Positions 11,101 to 24,849 of a stretch of DNA of 64,000 nucleotides are shown here, one piece after another. Numbering within the stretch: position 1 is the stretch's first letter; the number at the start of each line of letters is the position of its first letter. Below the pieces are notes generated by a model, which had not been told where the DNA came from, did no database searches, and saw only the letters and a program-made list of their open reading frames with translations. Origin of the DNA: the human T2T-CHM13v2.0 reference genome, Homo sapiens; NCBI RefSeq assembly GCF_009914755.1, contig NC_060939.1. The stretch is one strand, 5' to 3'. The position numbers and the translations under genes are program-made.

Positions 11101-14100
11101 CGTTCCATTTCTTTCCGTTCTGTACGATTCCTACCGTTCGATTTCATTTTGTTCCAGTCCATTCTTTCGCGTCCATTCCATTCCATTTCACTCCATTCGA
11201 TTCCATTCCACTCGATTCCACTTCGTTCCATTTCATTGCATTCCATTCTATTCAACTCTATTGCCTTCCATTCCATTCCATTCGATTACATTCCATGCGA
11301 TTCCATTCGAAATCGAATCAATTACATTGCAATCCATTACTATTGAGTCCGTTTTATTCCAGTCCACTGCATTCTGGTCCATTCCATTTGATTCCATTCC
11401 ATTCTATTCCATTCCATACAGTTGCATTCCATTGGATTCCATGCTATATCTATAAATTCAATTCGAGACCATTGCTTTTGAGTCCATTCTATATGATTCC
11501 ATTCCATTCAAGTCCATTACATTTGGTTAAATTCCATTCCATTCGGTTCAATTCCATTCCATTCCATTCCCTTCCATTCCATTCCAGTTGATATCAATCC
11601 ATTCGATTCCATTCCATTCGAGCACATTCCATTCGAGTCCATTCCATTCGATGCCATTCCATTTGATTCTATTCCATTAGTCTCCATTCAATTCCATTAA
11701 TCTCCATTCCATTCCATTCTACTCCAACTGATTCCATTCCATTCTATTCCTTTCCATTCCATTTCATTCCATTCCATTCCATTCCATTCCATTCCATTCC
11801 ATTCGTGTCCATTCCACTCCAGTCCATTCCATTCGTATCCATTCCATTCCAGTCCATTCCATTTGTGTCCACTGCATTCCATTCCACTCCATTCCATATT
11901 ATTCCATTACACTCCATTCCATTCTATTACTTTCATTTCCATTCAATTCCATTCCATTTGATTCCATTCCACTCGGTTTCATTCCATTTGAGTCCACTCC
12001 ATTCCATTCCATTCCATTCAGTTCCATTCCATTCTGTTCCATTCCATTCCGTTCCATTACATTCCATTCCATTCGGTACCATTCCATATTGTTCCATTCG
12101 ATTCCATTCGAATCCATTCCATTCCAGTCCATTCCATTCGATTCCATTCCATTCATTTCAATTCCATTCCATTCCATTCCATTACATTCCACTTGATTCC
12201 TCTCCATTCCCTTCCACTGCATTCCGTTCGATTCCATTCCATTGCTTTGCATTCCATTCCATTGGATTGCATTCCATTCGATTCCATTCCATTCGAATCA
12301 ATTACATAGCAATCCATTACATTCGAGTCTATTCTCTTCCGTTCCATTCGATTTCGTTCCAATCCATTCGATTCCATTCCATTCGATTCCATTCCATACT
12401 ATTGCATTCCATTCGATTACATTATATTCGAATAAGTTCCATTCAAGACCATTTCTTTTGAGTCCATTCTATTTGAGTCCATTCCCTTTGATTCCATAAC
12501 ATTTGAGTCCATTCAATTCCATTCCTTTCGTTTCCATTCCATTTGATGCCATTCCATTCAATTCTGTTCTACTCGACTCCAATACATTCAATTCCATTCC
12601 ATCCGATTCCATTACATTCTTTTCATTTCTTATCCATTTCAAGCCATTCCACTCCATTCCATTCCACTCGTTTCCTTTCCATTCGAGTCCATTCCTCTCC
12701 AGTCCATTCCGTTCAATCCATTCCATTCCAGTCCATTCCATTCGAGTCCGTTCCATTCCAGTCCATTCCATTCGAGTCAATTCCATTCCATTCGATGTCT
12801 TTCCATAACGATCCATTCCATTCTATTCCTTTCGATTCCATTCCATTCTATTTCATTCCATTCGATTCCCTTCCATTGGACTCCTTTCCATTCGAGTGCA
12901 TTCCATTCCGTTCCATTTCTTTCCGTTCTGTACGATTCCTACCGTTCGATTTCATTTTGTTCCAGTCCATTCTTTCGCGTCCATTCCATTCCATTTCACT
13001 CCATTCGATTCCATTCCACTCGATTCCACTTCGTTCCATTTCATTGCATTCCATTCTATTCAACTCTATTGCCTTCCATTCCATTCCATTCGATTACATT
13101 CCATGCGATTCCATTCGAAATCGAATCAATTACATTGCAATTCATTACTATTGAGTCCGTTTTATTCCAGTCCACTGCATTCTGGTCCATTCCATTTGAT
13201 TCCATTCCATTCTATTCCATTCCATACAGTTGCATTCCATTGGATTCCATGCTATATCTATAAATTCAATTCGAGACCATTGTTTTTGAGTCCATTCTAT
13301 ATGATTCCATTCCATTCAAGTCCATTACATTTGGTTAAATTCCATTCCATTCGGTTCAATTCCATTCCATTCCATTCCCTTCCATTCCATTCCAGTTGAT
13401 ATCAATCCATTCGATTCCATTCCATTCGAGCACATTCCATTCGAGTCCATTCCATTCGATGCCATTCCATTTGATTCTATTCCATTAGTCTCCATTCAAT
13501 TCCATTAATCTCCATTCCATTCCATTCTACTCCAACTGATTCCATTCCCTTCTATTCCTTTCCATTCCATTTCATTCCATTCCATTCCATTCCATTCCAT
13601 TCCATTCCATTCCATTCGTGTCCATTCCACTCCAGTCCATTCCATTCGTATCCATTCCATTCCAGTCCATTCCATTTGTGTCCACTGCATTCCATTCCAC
13701 TCCATTCCATATTATTCCATTACACTCCATTCCATTCTATTACTTTCATTTCCATTCAATTCCATTCCATTTGATTCCATTCCACTCGGTTTCATTCCAT
13801 TTGAGTCCACTCCATTCCATTCCATTCCATTCAGTTCCATTCCATTCTGTTCCATTCCATTCCGTTCCATTACATTCCATTCCATTCGGTACCATTCCAT
13901 ATTGTTCCATTCGATTCCATTCGAATCCATTCCATTCCAGTCCATTCCATTCGATTCCATTCCATTCATTTCAATTCCATTCCATTCCATTCCATTACAT
14001 TCCACTTGATTCCTCTCCATTCCCTTCCACTGCATTCCGTTCGATTCCATTCCATTGCATTGCATTCCATTCCATTGGATTGCATTCCATTCGATTCCAT

Positions 14101-17100
14101 TCCATTCGAATCAATTACATAGCAATCCATTACATTCGAGTCTATTCTCTTCCGTTCCATTCGATTTCGTTCCAATCCATTCGATTCCATTCCATTCGAT
14201 TCCATTCCATACTATTGCATTCCATTCGATTACATTATATTCGAATAAGTTCCATTCAAGACCATTTCTTTTGAGTCCATTCTATTTGAGTCCATTCCCT
14301 TTGATTCCATAACATTTGAGTCCATTCAATTCCATTCCTTTCGTTTCCATTCCATTTGATGCCATTCCATTCAATTCTGTTCTACTCGACTCCAATACAT
14401 TCAATTCCATTCCATCCGATTCCATTACATTCTTTTCATTTCTTATCCATTTCAAGCCATTCCACTCCATTCCATTCCACTCGTTTCCTTTCCATTCGAG
14501 TCCATTCCTCTCCAGTCCATTCCGTTCAATCCATTCCATTCCAGTCCATTCCATTCGAGTCCGTTCCATTCCAGTCCATTCCATTCGAGTCAATTCCATT
14601 CTATTCGATGTCTTTCCATAACGATCCATTCCATTCTATTCCTTTCGATTCCATTCCATTCTATTTCATTCCATTCGATTCCCTTCCATTGGACTCCTTT
14701 CCATTCGAGTGCATTGCATTCCGTTCCATTTCTTTCCGTTCTGTACGATTCCTACCATTCGATTTCATTTTGTTCCAGTCCATTCTTTCGCGTCCATTCC
14801 ATTCCATTTCACTCCATTCGATTCCATTCCACTCGATTCCACTTCGTTCCATTTCATTGCATTCCATTCTATTCAACTCTATTGCCTTCCATTCCATTCC
14901 ATTCGATTACATTCCATGCGATTCCATTCGAAATCGAATCAATTACATTGCAATCCATTACTATTGAGTCCGTTTTATTCCAGTCCACTGCATTCTGGTC
15001 CATTCCATTTGATTCCATTCCATTCTATTCCATTCCATACAGTTGCATTCCATTGGATTCCATGCTATATCTATAAATTCAATTCGAGACCATTGCTTTT
15101 GAGTCCATTCTATATGATTCCATTCCATTCAAGTCCATTACATTTTGTTAAATTCCATTCCATTCGGTTCAATTCCATTCCATTCCATTCCCTTCCATTC
15201 CATTCCAGTTGATATCAATCCATTCGATTCCATTCCATTCGAGCACATTCCATTCGAGTCCATTCCATTCGATGCCATTCCATTTGATTCTATTCCATTA
15301 GTCTCCATTCAATTCCATTAATCTCCATTCCATTCCATTCTACTCCAACTGATTCCATTCCATTCTATTCCTTTCCATTCCATTTCATTCCATTCCATTC
15401 CATTCCATTCCATTCCATTCCATTCGTGTCCATTCCACTCCAGTCCATTCCATTCGTATCCATTCCATTCCAGTCCATTCCATTTGTGTCCACTGCATTC
15501 CATTCCACTCCATTCCATATTATTCCATTACACTCCATTCCATTCTATTACTTTCATTTCCATTCAATTCCATTCCATTTGATTCCATTCCACTCGGTTT
15601 CATTCCATTTGAGTCCACTCCATTCCATTCCATTCCATTCAGTTCCATTCCATTCTGTTCCATTCCATTCCGTTCCATTACATTCCATTCCATTCGGTAC
15701 CATTCCATATTGTTCCATTCGATTCCATTCGAATCCATTCCATTCCAGTCCATTCCATTCGATTCCATTCCATTCATTTCAATTCCATTCCATTCCATTC
15801 CATTACATTCCACTTGATTCCTCTCCATTCCCTTCCACTGCATTCCGTTCGATTCCATTCCATTGCATTGCATTCCATTCCATTGGATTGCATTCCATTC
15901 GATTCCATTCCATTCGAATCAATTACATAGCAATCCATTACATTCGAGTCTATTCTCTTCCGTTCCATTCGATTTCGTTCCAATCCATTCGATTCCATTC
16001 CATTCGATTCCATTCCATACTATTGCATTCCATTCGATTACATTATATTCGAATAAGTTCCATTCAAGACCATTTCTTTTGAGTCCATTCTATTTGAGTC
16101 CATTCCCTTTGATTCCATAAGATTTGAGTCCATTCAATTCCATTCCTTTCGTTTCCATTCCATTTGATGCCATTCCATTCAATTCTGTTCTACTCGACTC
16201 CAATACATTCAATTCCATTCCATCCGATTCCATTACATTCTTTTCATTTCTTATCCATTTCAAGCCATTCCACTCCATTCCATTCCACTCGTTTCCTTTC
16301 CATTCGAGTCCATTCCTCTCCAGTCCATTCCGTTCAATCCATTCCATTCCAGTCCATTCCATTCGAGTCCGTTCCATTCCAGTCCATTCCATTCGAGTCA
16401 ATTCCATTCTATTCGATGTCTTTCCATAACGATCCATTCCATTCTATTCCTTTCGATTCCATTCCATTCTATTTCATTCCATTCGATTCCCTTCCATTGG
16501 ACTCCTTTCCATTCGAGTGCATTGCATTCCGTTCCATTTCTTTCCGTTCTGTACGATTCCTACCATTCGATTTCATTTTGTTCCAGTCCATTCTTTCGCG
16601 TCCATTCCATTCCATTTCACTCCATTCGATTCCATTCCACTCGATTCCACTTCGTTCCATTTCATTGCATTCCATTCTATTCAACTCTATTGCCTTCCAT
16701 TCCATTCCATTCGATTACATTCCATGCGATTCCATTCGAAATCGAATCAATTACATTGCAATCCATTACTATTGAGTCCGTTTTATTCCAGTCCACTGCA
16801 TTCTGGTCCATTCCATTTGATTCCATTCCATTCTATTCCATTCCATACAGTTGCATTCCATTGGATTCCATGCTATATCTATAAATTCAATTCGAGACCA
16901 TTGCTTTTGAGTCCATTCTATATGATTCCATTCCATTCAAGTCCATTACATTTGGTTAAATTCCATTCCATTCGGTTCAATTCCATTCCATTCCATTCCC
17001 TTCCATTCCATTCCAGTTGATATCAATCCATTCGATTCCATTCCATTCGAGCACATTCCATTCGAGTCCATTCCATTCGATGCCATTCCATTTGATTCTA

Positions 17101-20100
17101 TTCCATTAGTCTCCATTCAATTCCATTGATCTCCATTCCATTCCATTCTACTCCAACTGATTCCATTCCATTCTATTCCTTTCCATTCCATTTCATTCCA
17201 TTCCATTCCATTCCATTCCATTCCATTCCATTCGTGTCCATTCCACTCCAGTCCATTCCATTCGTATCCATTCCATTCCAGTCCATTCCATTTGTGTCCA
17301 CTGCATTCCATTCCACTCCATTCCATATTATTCCATTACACTCCATTCCATTCTATTACTTTCATTTCCATTCAATTCCATTCCATTTGATTCCATTCCA
17401 CTCGGTTTCATTCCATTTGAGTCCACTCCATTCCATTCCATTCCATTCAGTTCCATTCCATTCTGTTCCATTCCATTCCGTTCCATTACATTCCATTCCA
17501 TTCGGTACCATTCCATATTGTTCCATTCGATTCCATTCGAATCCATTCCATTCCAGTCCATTCCATTCGATTCCATTCCATTCATTTCAATTCCATTCCA
17601 TTCCATTACATTACATTCCACTTGATTCCTCTCCATTCCCTTCCACTGCATTCCGTTCGATTCCATTCCATTGCATTGCATTCCATTCCATTGGATTGCA
17701 TTCCATTCGATTCCATTCCATTCGAATCAATTACATAGCAATCCATTACATTCGAGTCTATTCTCTTCCGTTCCATTCGATTTCGTTCCAATCCATTCGA
17801 TTCCATTCCATTCGATTCCATTCCATACTATTGCATTCCATTCGATTACATTATATTCGAATAAGTTCCATTCAAGACCATTTCTTTTGAGTCCATTCTA
17901 TTTGAGTCCATTCCCTTTGATTCCATAACATTTGAGTCCATTCAATTCCATTCCTTTCGTTTCCATTCCATTTGATGCCATTCCATTCAATTCTGTTCTA
18001 CTCGACTCCAATACATTCAATTCCATTCCATCCGATTCCATTACATTCTTTTCATTTCTTATCCATTTCAAGCCATTCCACTCCATTCCATTCCACTCGT
18101 TTCCTTTCCATTCGAGTCCATTCCTCTCCAGTCCATTCCGTTCAATCCATTCCATTCCAGTCCATTCCATTCGAGTCCGTTCCATTCCAGTCCATTCCAT
18201 TCGAGTCAATTCCATTCCATTCGATGTCTTTCCATAACGATCCATTCCATTCTATTCCTTTCGATTCCATTCCATTCTATTTCATTCCATTCGATTCCCT
18301 TCCATTGGACTCCTTTCCATTCGAGTGCATTCCATTCCGTTCCATTTCTTTCCGTTCTGTACGATTCCTACCGTTCGATTTCATTTTTTTCCAGTCCATT
18401 CTTTCGCGTCCATTCCATTCCATTTCACTCCATTCGATTCCATTCCACTCGATTCCACTTCGTTCCATTTCATTGCATTCCATTCTATTCAACTCTATTG
18501 CCTTCCATTCCATTCCATTCGATTACATTCCATGCGATTCCATTCGAAATCGAATCAATTACATTGCAATTCATTACTATTGAGTCCGTTTTATTCCAGT
18601 CCACTGCATTCTGGTCCATTCCATTTGATTCCATTCCATTCTATTCCATTCCATACAGTTGCATTCCATTGGATTCCATGCTATATCTATAAATTCAATT
18701 CGAGACCATTGTTTTTGAGTCCATTCTATATGATTCCATTCCATTCAAGTCCATTACATTTGGTTAAATTCCATTCCATTCGGTTCAATTCCATTCCATT
18801 CCATTCCCTTCCATTCCATTCCAGTTGATATCAATCCATTCGATTCCATTCCATTCGAGCACATTCCATTCGAGTCCATTCCATTCGATGCCATTCCATT
18901 TGATTCTATTCCATTAGTCTCCATTCAATTCCATTAATCTCCATTCCATTCCATTCTACTCCAACTGATTCCATTCCATTCTATTCCTTTCCATTCCATT
19001 TCATTCCATTCCATTCCATTCCATTCCATTCCATTCCATTCGTGTCCATTCCACTCCAGTCCATTCCATTCGTATCCATTCCATTCCAGTCCATTCCATT
19101 TGTGTCCACTGCATTCCATTCCACTCCATTCCATATTATTCCATTACACTCCATTCCATTCTATTACTTTCATTTCCATTCAATTCCATTCCATTTGATT
19201 CCATTCCACTCGGTTTCATTCCATTTGAGTCCACTCCATTCCATTCCATTCCATTCAGTTCCATTCCATTCTGTTCCATTCCATTCCGTTCCATTACATT
19301 CCATTCCATTCGGTACCATTCCATATTGTTCCATTCGATTCCATTCGAATCCATTCCATTCCAGTCCATTCCATTCGATTCCATTCCATTCATTTCAATT
19401 CCATTCCATTCCATTCCATTACATTCCACTTGATTCCTCTCCATTCCCTTCCACTGCATTCCGTTCGATTCCATTCCATTGCATTGCATTCCATTCCATT
19501 GGATTGCATTCCATTCGATTCCATTCCATTCGAATCAATTACATAGCAATCCATTACATTCGAGTCTATTCTCTTCCGTTCCATTCGATTTCGTTCCAAT
19601 CCATTCGATTCCATTCCATTCGATTCCATTCCATACTATTGCATTCCATTCGATTACATTATATTCGAATAAGTTCCATTCAAGACCATTTCTTTTGAGT
19701 CCATTCTATTTGAGTCCATTCCCTTTGATTCCATAACATTTGAGTCCATTCAATTCCATTCCTTTCGTTTCCATTCCATTTGATGCCATTCCATTCAATT
19801 CTGTTCTACTCGACTCCAATACATTCAATTCCATTCCATCCGATTCCATTACATTCTTTTCATTTCTTATCCATTTCAAGCCATTCCACTCCATTCCATT
19901 CCACTCGTTTCCTTTCCATTCGAGTCCATTCCTCTCCAGTCCATTCCGTTCAATCCATTCCATTCCAGTCCATTCCATTCGAGTCCGTTCCATTCCAGTC
20001 CATTCCATTCGAGTCAATTCCATTCCATTCGATGTCTTTCCATAACGATCCATTCCATTCTATTCCTTTCGATTCCATTCCATTCTATTTCATTCCATTC

Positions 20101-23100
20101 GATTCCCTTCCATTGGACTCCTTTCCATTCGAGTGCATTCCATTCCGTTCCATTTCTTTCCGTTCTGTACGATTCCTACCGTTCGATTTCATTTTCTTCC
20201 AGTCCATTCTTTCGCGTCCATTCCATTCCATTTCACTCCATTCGATTCCATTCCACTCGATTCCACTTCGTTCCATTTCATTGCATTCCATTCTATTCAA
20301 CTCTATTGCCTTCCATTCCATTCCATTCGATTACATTCCATGCGATTCCATTCGAAATCGAATCAATTACATTGCAATCCATTACTATTGAGTCCGTTTT
20401 ATTCCAGTCCACTGCATTCTGGTCCATTCCATTTGATTCCATTCCATTCTATTCCATTCCATACAGTTGCATTCCATTGGATTCCATGCTATATCTATAA
20501 ATTCAATTCGAGACCATTGCTTTTGAGTCCATTCTATATGATTCCATTCCATTCAAGTCCATTACATTTGGTTAAATTCCATTCCATTCGGTTCAATTCC
20601 ATTCCATTCCATTCCCTTCCATTCCATTCCAGTTGATATCAATCCATTCGATTCCATTCCATTCGAGCACATTCCATTCGAGTCCATTCCATTCGATGCC
20701 ATTCCATTTGATTCTATTCCATTAGTCTCCATTCAATTCCATTAATCTCCATTCCATTCCATTCTACTCCAACTGATTCCATTCCATTCTATTCCTTTCC
20801 ATTCCATTTCATTCCATTCCATTCCATTCCATTCCATTCCATTCCATTCGTGTCCATTCCACTCCAGTCCATTCCATTCGTATCCATTCCATTCCAGTCT
20901 ATTCCATTTGTGTCCACTGCATTCCAATCCAATCCATTCCATATTATTCCATTACACTCCATTCCATTCTATTACTTTCATTTCCATTCAATTCCATTCC
21001 ATTTGATTCCATTCCACTCGGTTTCATTCCATTTGAGTCCACTCCATTCCATTCCATTCCATTCAGTTCCATTCCATTCTGTTCCATTCCATTCCGTTCC
21101 ATTACATTCCATTCCATTCGGTACCATTCCATATTGTTCCATTCGATTCCATTCGAATCCATTCCATTCCAGTCCATTCCATTCGATTCCATTCCATTCA
21201 TTTCAATTCCATTCCATTCCATTACATTACATTGCACTTGATTCCTCTCCATTCCCTTCCACTGTATTCCGTTCGATTCCATTCCATTGCATTGCATTCC
21301 ATTCCATTGTATTGCATTCCATTCGATTCCATTCCATTCGAATCAATTACATAGCAATCCATTACATTCGAGTCTATTCTATTCCGTTCCATTCGATTTC
21401 GTTCCAATCCATTCGATTCCATTCCATTCGATTCCATTCCATACTATTGCATTCCATTCGATTACATTATATTCGAATAAGTTCCATTCAAGACCATTTC
21501 TTTTGAGTCCATTCTATTTGAGTCCATTCCCTTTGATTCCATAACATTTGAGTCCATTCAATTCCATTCCTTTCGTTTCCATTCCATTTGATGCCATTCC
21601 ATTCAATTCTGTTCTACTCGACTCCAATACATTCAATTCCATTCCATCCGATTCCATTACATTCTTTTCATTTCTTATCCATTTCAAGCCATTCCACTCC
21701 ATTCCATTCCACTCGTTTCCTTTCCATTCGAGTCCATTCCTCTCCAGTCCATTCCGTTCAATCCATTCCATTCCAGTCCATTCCATTCGAGTCCGTTCCA
21801 TTCCAGTCCATTCCATTCGAGTCAATTCCATTCTATTCGATGTCTTTCCATAACGATCCATTCCATTCTATTCCTTTCGATTCCATTCCATTCTATTTCA
21901 TTCCATTCGATTCCCTTCCATTGGACTCCTTTCCATTCGAGTGCATTGCATTCCGTTCCATTTCTTTCCGTTCTGTACGATTCCTACCGTTCGATTTCAT
22001 TTTGTTCCAGTCCATTCTTTCGCGTCCATTCCATTCCATTTCACTCCATTCGATTCCATTCCACTCGATTCCACTTCGTTCCATTTCATTGCATTCCATT
22101 CTATTCAACTCTATTGCCTTCCATTCCATTCCATTCGATTACATTCCATGCGATTCCATTCGAAATCGAATCAATTACATTGCAATCCATTACTATTGAG
22201 TCCGTTTTATTCCAGTCCACTGCATTCTGGTCCATTCCATTTGATTCCATTCCATTCTATTCCATTCCATACAGTTGCATTCCATTGGATTCCATGCTAT
22301 ATCTATAAATTCAATTCGAGACCATTGCTTTTGAGTCCATTCTATATGATTCCATTCCATTCAAGTCCATTACATTTGGTTAAATTCCATTCCATTCGGT
22401 TCAATTCCATTCCATTCCATTCCCTTCCATTCCATTCCAGTTGATATCAATCCATTCGATTCCATTCCATTCGAGCACATTCCATTCGAGTCCATTCCAT
22501 TCGATGCCATTCCATTTGATTCTATTCCATTAGTCTCCATTCAATTCCATTAATCTCCATTCCATTCCATTCTACTCCAACTGATTCCATTCCATTCTAT
22601 TCCTTTCCATTCCATTTCATTCCATTCCATTCCATTCCATTCCATTCCATTCCATTCGTGTCCATTCCACTCCAGTCCATTCCATTCGTATCCATTCCAT
22701 TCCAGTCCATTCCATTTGTGTCCACTGCATTCCATTCCACTCCATTCCATATTATTCCATTACACTCCATTCCATTCTATTACTTTCATTTCCATTCAAT
22801 TCCATTCCATTTGATTCCATTCTACTCGGTTTCATTCCATTTGAGTCCACTCCATTCCATTCCATTCCATTCAGTTCCATTCCATTCTGTTCCATTCCAT
22901 TCCGTTCCATTACATTCCATTCCATTCGGTACCATTCCATATTGTTCCATTCGATTCCATTCGAATCCATTCCATTCCAGTCCATTCCATTCGATTCCAT
23001 TCCATTCATTTCAATTCCATTCCATTCCATTCCATTACATTCCACTTGATTCCTCTCCATTCCCTTCCACTGCATTCCGTTCGATTCCATTCCATTGCAT

Positions 23101-24849
23101 TGCATTCCATTCCATTGGATTGCATTCCATTCGATTCCATTCCATTCGAATCAATTACATAGCAATCCATTACATTCGAGTCTATTCTCTTCCGTTCCAT
23201 TCGATTTCGTTCCAATCCATTCGATTCCATTCCATTCGATTCCATTCCATACTATTGCATTCCATTCGATTACATTATATTCGAATAAGTTCCATTCAAG
23301 ACCATTTCTTTTGAGTCCATTCTATTTGAGTCCATTCCCTTTGATTCCATAACATTTGAGTCCATTCAATTCCATTCCTTTCGTTTCCATTCCATTTGAT
23401 GCCATTCCATTCAATTCTGTTCTACTCGACTCCAATACATTCAATTCCATTCCATCCGATTCCATTACATTCTTTTCATTTCTTATCCATTTCAAGCCAT
23501 TCCACTCCATTCCATTCCACTCGTTTCCTTTCCATTCGAGTCCATTCCTCTCCAGTCCATTCCGTTCAATCCATTCCATTCCAGTCCATTCCATTCGAGT
23601 CCGTTCCATTCCAGTCCATTCCATTCGAGTCAATTCCATTCCATTCGATGTCTTTCCATAACGATCCATTCCATTCTATTCCTTTTGATTCCATTCCATT
23701 CTATTTCATTCCATTCGATTCCCTTCCATTGGACTCCTTTCCATTCGAGTGCATTCCATTCCGTTCCATTTCTTTCCGTTCTGTACGATTCCTACCGTTC
23801 GATTTCATTTTTTTCCAGTCCATTCTTTCGCGTCCATTCCATTCCATTTCACTCCATTCGATTCCATTCCACTCGATTCCACTTCGTTCCATTTCATTGC
23901 ATTCCATTCTATTCAACTCTATTGCCTTCCATTCCATTCCATTCGATTACATTCCATGCGATTCCATTCGAAATCGAATCAATTACATTGCAATTCATTA
24001 CTATTGAGTCCGTTTTATTCCAGTCCACTGCATTCTGGTCCATTCCATTTGATTCCATTCCATTCTATTCCATTCCATACAGTTGCATTCCATTGGATTC
24101 CATGCTATATCTATAAATTCAATTCGAGACCATTGTTTTTGAGTCCATTCTATATGATTCCATTCCATTCAAGTCCATTACATTTGGTTAAATTCCATTC
24201 CATTCGGTTCAATTCCATTCCATTCCATTCCCTTCCATTCCATTCCAGTTGATATCAATCCATTCGATTCCATTCCATTCGAGCACATTCCATTCGAGTC
24301 CATTCCATTCGATGCCATTCCATTTGATTCTATTCCATTAGTCTCCATTCAATTCCATTAATCTCCATTCCATTCCATTCTACTCCAACTGATTCCATTC
24401 CATTCTATTCCTTTCCATTCCATTTCATTCCATTCCATTCCATTCCATTCCATTCCATTCCATTCCATTCGTGTCCATTCCACTCCAGTCCATTCCATTC
24501 GTATCCATTCCATTCCAGTCCATTCCATTTGTGTCCACTGCATTCCATTCCACTCCATTCCATATTATTCCATTACACTCCATTCCATTCTATTACTTTC
24601 ATTTCCATTCAATTCCATTCCATTTGATTCCATTCCACTCGGTTTCATTCCATTTGAGTCCACTCCATTCCATTCCATTCCATTCAGTTCCATTCCATTC
24701 TGTTCCATTCCATTCCGTTCCATTACATTCCATTCCATTCGGTACCATTCCATATTGTTCCATTCGATTCCATTCGAATCCATTCCATTCCAGTCCATTC
24801 CATTCGATTCCATTCCATTCATTTCAATTCCATTCCATTCCATTCCATT

